From Cyanobacteria bacterium P01_F01_bin.150 (GTDB taxonomy: Bacteria; Cyanobacteriota; Cyanobacteriia; CAKZMO01), in assembly GCA_039189765.1 (NCBI GenBank), contig JBCCYL010000004.1:32001-96000 (forward strand): a DNA stretch of 64,000 nucleotides. Direction: 5' to 3'. Positions 60,568-64,000 of this stretch are shown here, piece by piece; position 1 is the first letter of the stretch, and every line of letters starts with the position of its first letter. Below the pieces are notes generated by a model that saw only the letters and a program-made list of their open reading frames with translations, did no database searches and was not told the origin of the DNA. The translations under genes were made by a program, and so were the position numbers.

Positions 60568-61254
60568 ATGATACGCATTGGCCAGTTACTCAAAACTCTG
60601 ATTGAATGGGTCAAACGATTGTTGTGGAGCTATCGAGGAAAAGTTCCCAAACCATTTGTGGCACTCAGAGAAAAGCAATATCCCTTGGGCTTACTAAAAT
60701 TGGTTGAAGGGCGAGATACACTCTGGGCTATTAGAACGTGGATCATTTGCCCACAGGAGCAGAGCGCCAGCAAGGAACGGGCTAAACACAGAAAAAATGA
60801 GCCAATGGATATTCATATTTATTTGGATCTCATTGGTTCTGTCGAAGGGCGAAATCGGTTGCCAAACGTTTCAACAGAATTTTCCCGAACCGCCACCCAT
60901 ACCATCACTGTTTTGAAAGCCAGCCATAGGCTTAGTTACAGTGGAGCCTACGACTACGAGCATCTTTTCTCAGGTCAATATGACTTCCAAGGCCAAATGA
61001 TTACCGCAGCAGAAGTGCAAGCAAGGATTGCCTGCGATCGCCTCGCCATCCTCCGGGGCATGCGATACATTCATGACTCAGCCTGGGAGAATGAAGTAGA
61101 AGAAGTCTACCGACAGATTATGGGGCTAGAAGGACTGCCGTCTACTGAAGCTTTTAAGTTTTGGAGACTATCACAGTCTCGCCATTCCTCCAAAAAAGTG
61201 GGACGAATTCATTCTAGTGCTGGTACAAATATACAGCGTCGGGCAAGACGCTGA
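60568..61254 (+). CDS. Hypothetical protein
   Basis: Long ORF filling the gap; no recognised motif. Confidence 0.6.
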   Translation: MIRIGQLLKTLIEWVKRLLWSYRGKVPKPFVALREKQYPLGLLKLVEGRDTLWAIRTWIICPQEQSASKERAKHRKNEPMDIHIYLDLIGSVEGRNRLPNVSTEFSRTATHTITVLKASHRLSYSGAYDYEHLFSGQYDFQGQMITAAEVQARIACDRLAILRGMRYIHDSAWENEVEEVYRQIMGLEGLPSTEAFKFWRLSQSRHSSKKVGRIHSSAGTNIQRRARR

Positions 61255-61480
61255 GTAGCCAAAGGATTAAGTCGGATAAATCATCCGGATTGAGAACACG
61301 ATGGACGAAGAACACTGAAAGTAAAGTTTAAACAGCAGCTCCAGCGAGTGAAGACTATCAAACTTCATTAAAGTTCGTGACTGGAGTCGCAAATACCGCT
61401 ACAATGGGCCATCAAAAGTGACTTGTTTATTTAGACCTTTGTTCAATGACCGCCGATAGAGTTTGTTGTTAGTTTAAGGT

Positions 61481-62329
61481 GTGAGTTTATTGTCTATGCC
61501 TTCTGGTATTACTTACGAGGCGATTGCCCGAACTTCTCCCATTGTGAACAGCTCTTCTCAGGCAAGGAAAGTCCGAAAATCTAACCTTAATTCTAGCCAA
61601 GCGCCACGAAAAGTAGTCGCTGGCTCTGCCAAATCCTCTTCTAAGGTAATTATTTCATTAGAACAAGTCAGCAAGGTTTACAGCAATGGTAGCAAAGCCC
61701 TTAACAACGTCAACTGGCAAATTCGCCAGGGGGATTTCTGGTTTGTAACTGGGCCATCTGGTGCAGGTAAGTCTACGTTACTTAAGCTTTTATATGGTGA
61801 AGAAAAGTGTACCAGTGGCAATATTCTGGTGCAGGATCATTTGGTTTCTGAGCTACGCGGTAATCGTTTATCAAAACTCCGTCGCCATGTTGGAGTGGTG
61901 TTCCAAGACTATAAGCTTATTCCCCGTCGCACCGTATCAGAAAATGTGGCATTCGTACTATGGGCACAGGGATTTACTCGCAAAGAAATCCATCGCCGTC
62001 TAATCCCTACCCTTAAGATGGTGGGATTACATGATAAGGCAGACTCTTTTCCCGATGAGTTATCGGGAGGAGAACAGCAGCGAGTTAGCATTGCTAGAGC
62101 TATTGTGGGCACTCCTCCAATTCTGCTTGCTGATGAACCCACCGGAAATTTGGATGCTCATAACTCCTGGCAAGTGATTAAGATTCTCAGAAAGCTCAAC
62201 AATGTAGGGATTACGGTTATTGTCACTACCCATGATGAGCATTTAGTTCGCATGTCTGACTACCCTGTTGTTCAAATTCGTGATGGTCGCCTTCATCGGA
62301 TGCAGGATTGGGAGTTGGGGCGGGGCTAA
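61481..62329 (+). CDS. ftsE: Cell division ATP-binding protein FtsE
   Basis: GPSGAGKSTLLKL, GVVFQDYKL, LSGGEQQRVSIARA, LADEPTGNLD. Confidence 0.9.
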   Translation: MSLLSMPSGITYEAIARTSPIVNSSSQARKVRKSNLNSSQAPRKVVAGSAKSSSKVIISLEQVSKVYSNGSKALNNVNWQIRQGDFWFVTGPSGAGKSTLLKLLYGEEKCTSGNILVQDHLVSELRGNRLSKLRRHVGVVFQDYKLIPRRTVSENVAFVLWAQGFTRKEIHRRLIPTLKMVGLHDKADSFPDELSGGEQQRVSIARAIVGTPPILLADEPTGNLDAHNSWQVIKILRKLNNVGITVIVTTHDEHLVRMSDYPVVQIRDGRLHRMQDWELGRG

Positions 62330-62367
62330 ATAGCCAGAACAGGCTCTACTGATCGCCTAAGATACCT

Positions 62368-62895
62368 CTATTGATTAATTTCTAGGGTGTAATCGTAACG
62401 CTGACCTGAATCAAAAGTGCCAACCCATACTTTGTATTCTCCAGAACTCCAATTCTGGCCCGTTATAACTGCATCAGAGTCATTACCATCATCACTACAA
62501 TAGATGGTGTTATCTGGTGCCTCTATCATCAAGGTCGTATCCCCCCCGTTGCTACTTACCTTAATAATCACCTCAGAGAGCAATGTTGTCACCTGCAAGA
62601 TATGATCTGGATTTTGCTCTGCATAGCCAACACAGGGTTGATTATTCTCGCCTTCCTGACTATTCAAAATAGAAAACATCGGAACAGCACCCGCCGTATA
62701 TCCATTCACCGATTCATTTGTCGATGCTGTAATTTGTACCGTTCCAAAATTTGAGTTGGCTCGGGCAGGCACGAGTAATCCCTGGCTAATCACTAATATC
62801 CCTGAGGCGGTCATAATAGACACCACGCGGCAGGTTAATTTCTTCCAAGTATTGCTCGAATGGATTACGTTAGCACGTTGAAGGATCTTACGCAT
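62368..62895 (-). CDS. Secreted hypothetical protein (pre-peptidase C-terminal-like)
   Basis: Signal peptide; CVGY...PDH.L, DTTL, CSDD, G.YKVWVG. Confidence 0.65.
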   Translation of the reverse strand: MRKILQRANVIHSSNTWKKLTCRVVSIMTASGILVISQGLLVPARANSNFGTVQITASTNESVNGYTAGAVPMFSILNSQEGENNQPCVGYAEQNPDHILQVTTLLSEVIIKVSSNGGDTTLMIEAPDNTIYCSDDGNDSDAVITGQNWSSGEYKVWVGTFDSGQRYDYTLEINQ

Positions 62896-63240
62896 TTGAT
62901 TTAGTGACTCAACAGGTTGTATTGTGGCTTATCTAGTTGCACATATGGATTGTAGCCGAGCTTGTTGCTTAATCGTTCCCCGATAGGTCACTTCACATGA
63001 CAGGCATACCCTTAAACTCTGGCCTTGAATTCTGGCACAATACCAAATCCTCTATGGGACAGTTTACAAAGTGGAGTTATTTATTCTCTTGGTCCCGGTA
63101 TCCATACGCTACCCTAGTCTTTATAACGCTTTTCTCATGGCATGCCTGCTCATCATCCCTCTAGGCAGATAGGTGAGAGGCACACTAAGCATACTGATAT
63201 TTTTATCCTCACGCTCATCAAGTTTAGGAGATTCTATCCA

Positions 63241-64000
63241 ATGGCATTTATTACTGGCACATCTGGTCGTGATGTATTGAGAGGAACTTCTAGAAACGAT
63301 CGCATTGACGGCTTTGCTGGGGATGATGATCTGAGGGGCCGAGATGGTGATGACATACTACTCGGTGGTCGAGGCGATGATGAATTAGAAGGTGATGATG
63401 GCGACGATCGGCTCTCCGGTGGTTCTGGAGATGATGAATTGTTCGGGGATGATGACGACGACGACTTGAGAGGGGGCGATGGAGATGATGAATTATTTGG
63501 TGGTGACGATGATGATCGTCTGTTTGGGAATGACGACGAAGACCTCCTTTTTGGCGAAGATGGTGATGATGAACTAGATGGTGGTGATGACGACGACGAA
63601 TTATTTGGCGGTAATGGGGACGATGTTTTAGAAGGAGATGACGGGGACGATCAGCTAGACGGCGGCAGGGGCGATGATACCCTACAAGGAGATGATGATG
63701 ACGATGAATTGAATGGGGGCTTGGGGGCCGACACGTTGGAAGGCGGCGATGGCGATGATGAGCTAGACGGCGGTGATGGGGATGATGAGCTAGACGGCGG
63801 TGATGGCAACGATACCTTGGATGGCGGTAATGGGGATGACACGTTAAGCGGTCAAGACAATGAAGATGAACTAGAAGGCGGCAACGGTAACGATGAATTA
63901 GACGGTGGTAATGGCAATGACACCTTAAGTGGAGGCGACGGCAATGACAGCCTCAAAGGTGGCCAGGGCATTGACCAGTTGGAGGGTGGAACAGGAGACG
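63241..64000 (+). CDS. RTX-type Ca-binding repeat protein (5' part; runs off window)
   Basis: Manual translation MAFITGTSGRDVLRGTSRNDRIDGFAGDDDL..., continuous GGxGDDxLx nonapeptides; AGGAG SD. Confidence 0.88.
   Translation, partial: MAFITGTSGRDVLRGTSRNDRIDGFAGDDDLRGRDGDDILLGGRGDDELEGDDGDDRLSGGSGDDELFGDDDDDDLRGGDGDDELFGGDDDDRLFGNDDEDLLFGEDGDDELDGGDDDDELFGGNGDDVLEGDDGDDQLDGGRGDDTLQGDDDDDELNGGLGADTLEGGDGDDELDGGDGDDELDGGDGNDTLDGGNGDDTLSGQDNEDELEGGNGNDELDGGNGNDTLSGGDGNDSLKGGQGIDQLEGGTGD

Noticed and set aside
61481..62329. ftsE without adjacent ftsX
   Set aside because: Unlinked ftsE and ftsX are common in cyanobacteria
63241..64000. 27-bp periodicity and the Ser/Pro ORF 63651-63842
   Set aside because: Explained by RTX nonapeptide coding on the plus strand; the minus-strand ORF is its antisense shadow
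1..64000. Abundant GCGATCGC
   Set aside because: Well-known cyanobacterial HIP1; used only as a taxonomic clue

Overview
Core-chromosome segment of a cyanobacterium. Evidence: very frequent HIP1 octamer GCGATCGC, plus psbX, ycf66, petE and COP23- and DUF561-type genes; gene style suggests a filamentous Leptolyngbya-like lineage (inference). It holds about 50 mostly housekeeping or conserved genes (devBC-type exporter, ppk1, hspA, radA, coaBC, fni, pyrR, invertase, ugd/uxs, petE, speA, pyk, argG, ftsE), several secreted or surface proteins (RTX-type, inverse-autotransporter-like, pilin-like) and one tRNA-Ala(CGC). No intact transposase, integrase, prophage or CRISPR array is visible. The most interesting signals are non-genic or subtle: (1) a dispersed family of ~80-bp two-hairpin MITE/REP-like elements (about 16 full or partial copies, three subfamilies, covarying stems); (2) a MerR (CueR/ZntR)-type long-spacer promoter in front of plastocyanin; (3) candidate small RNA or micro-protein units, one with an NtcA-type site over its -10; (4) a collapsed type I restriction (HsdR) remnant next to the tRNA; (5) a stand-alone Raw-like nucleoside-deoxyribosyltransferase-fold gene; (6) a CcsA-like protein and a HAD protein each lacking a canonical key residue; (7) recurrent 12/15/24-bp tandem micro-duplications. 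Family assignments come from recalled motifs, not database searches.
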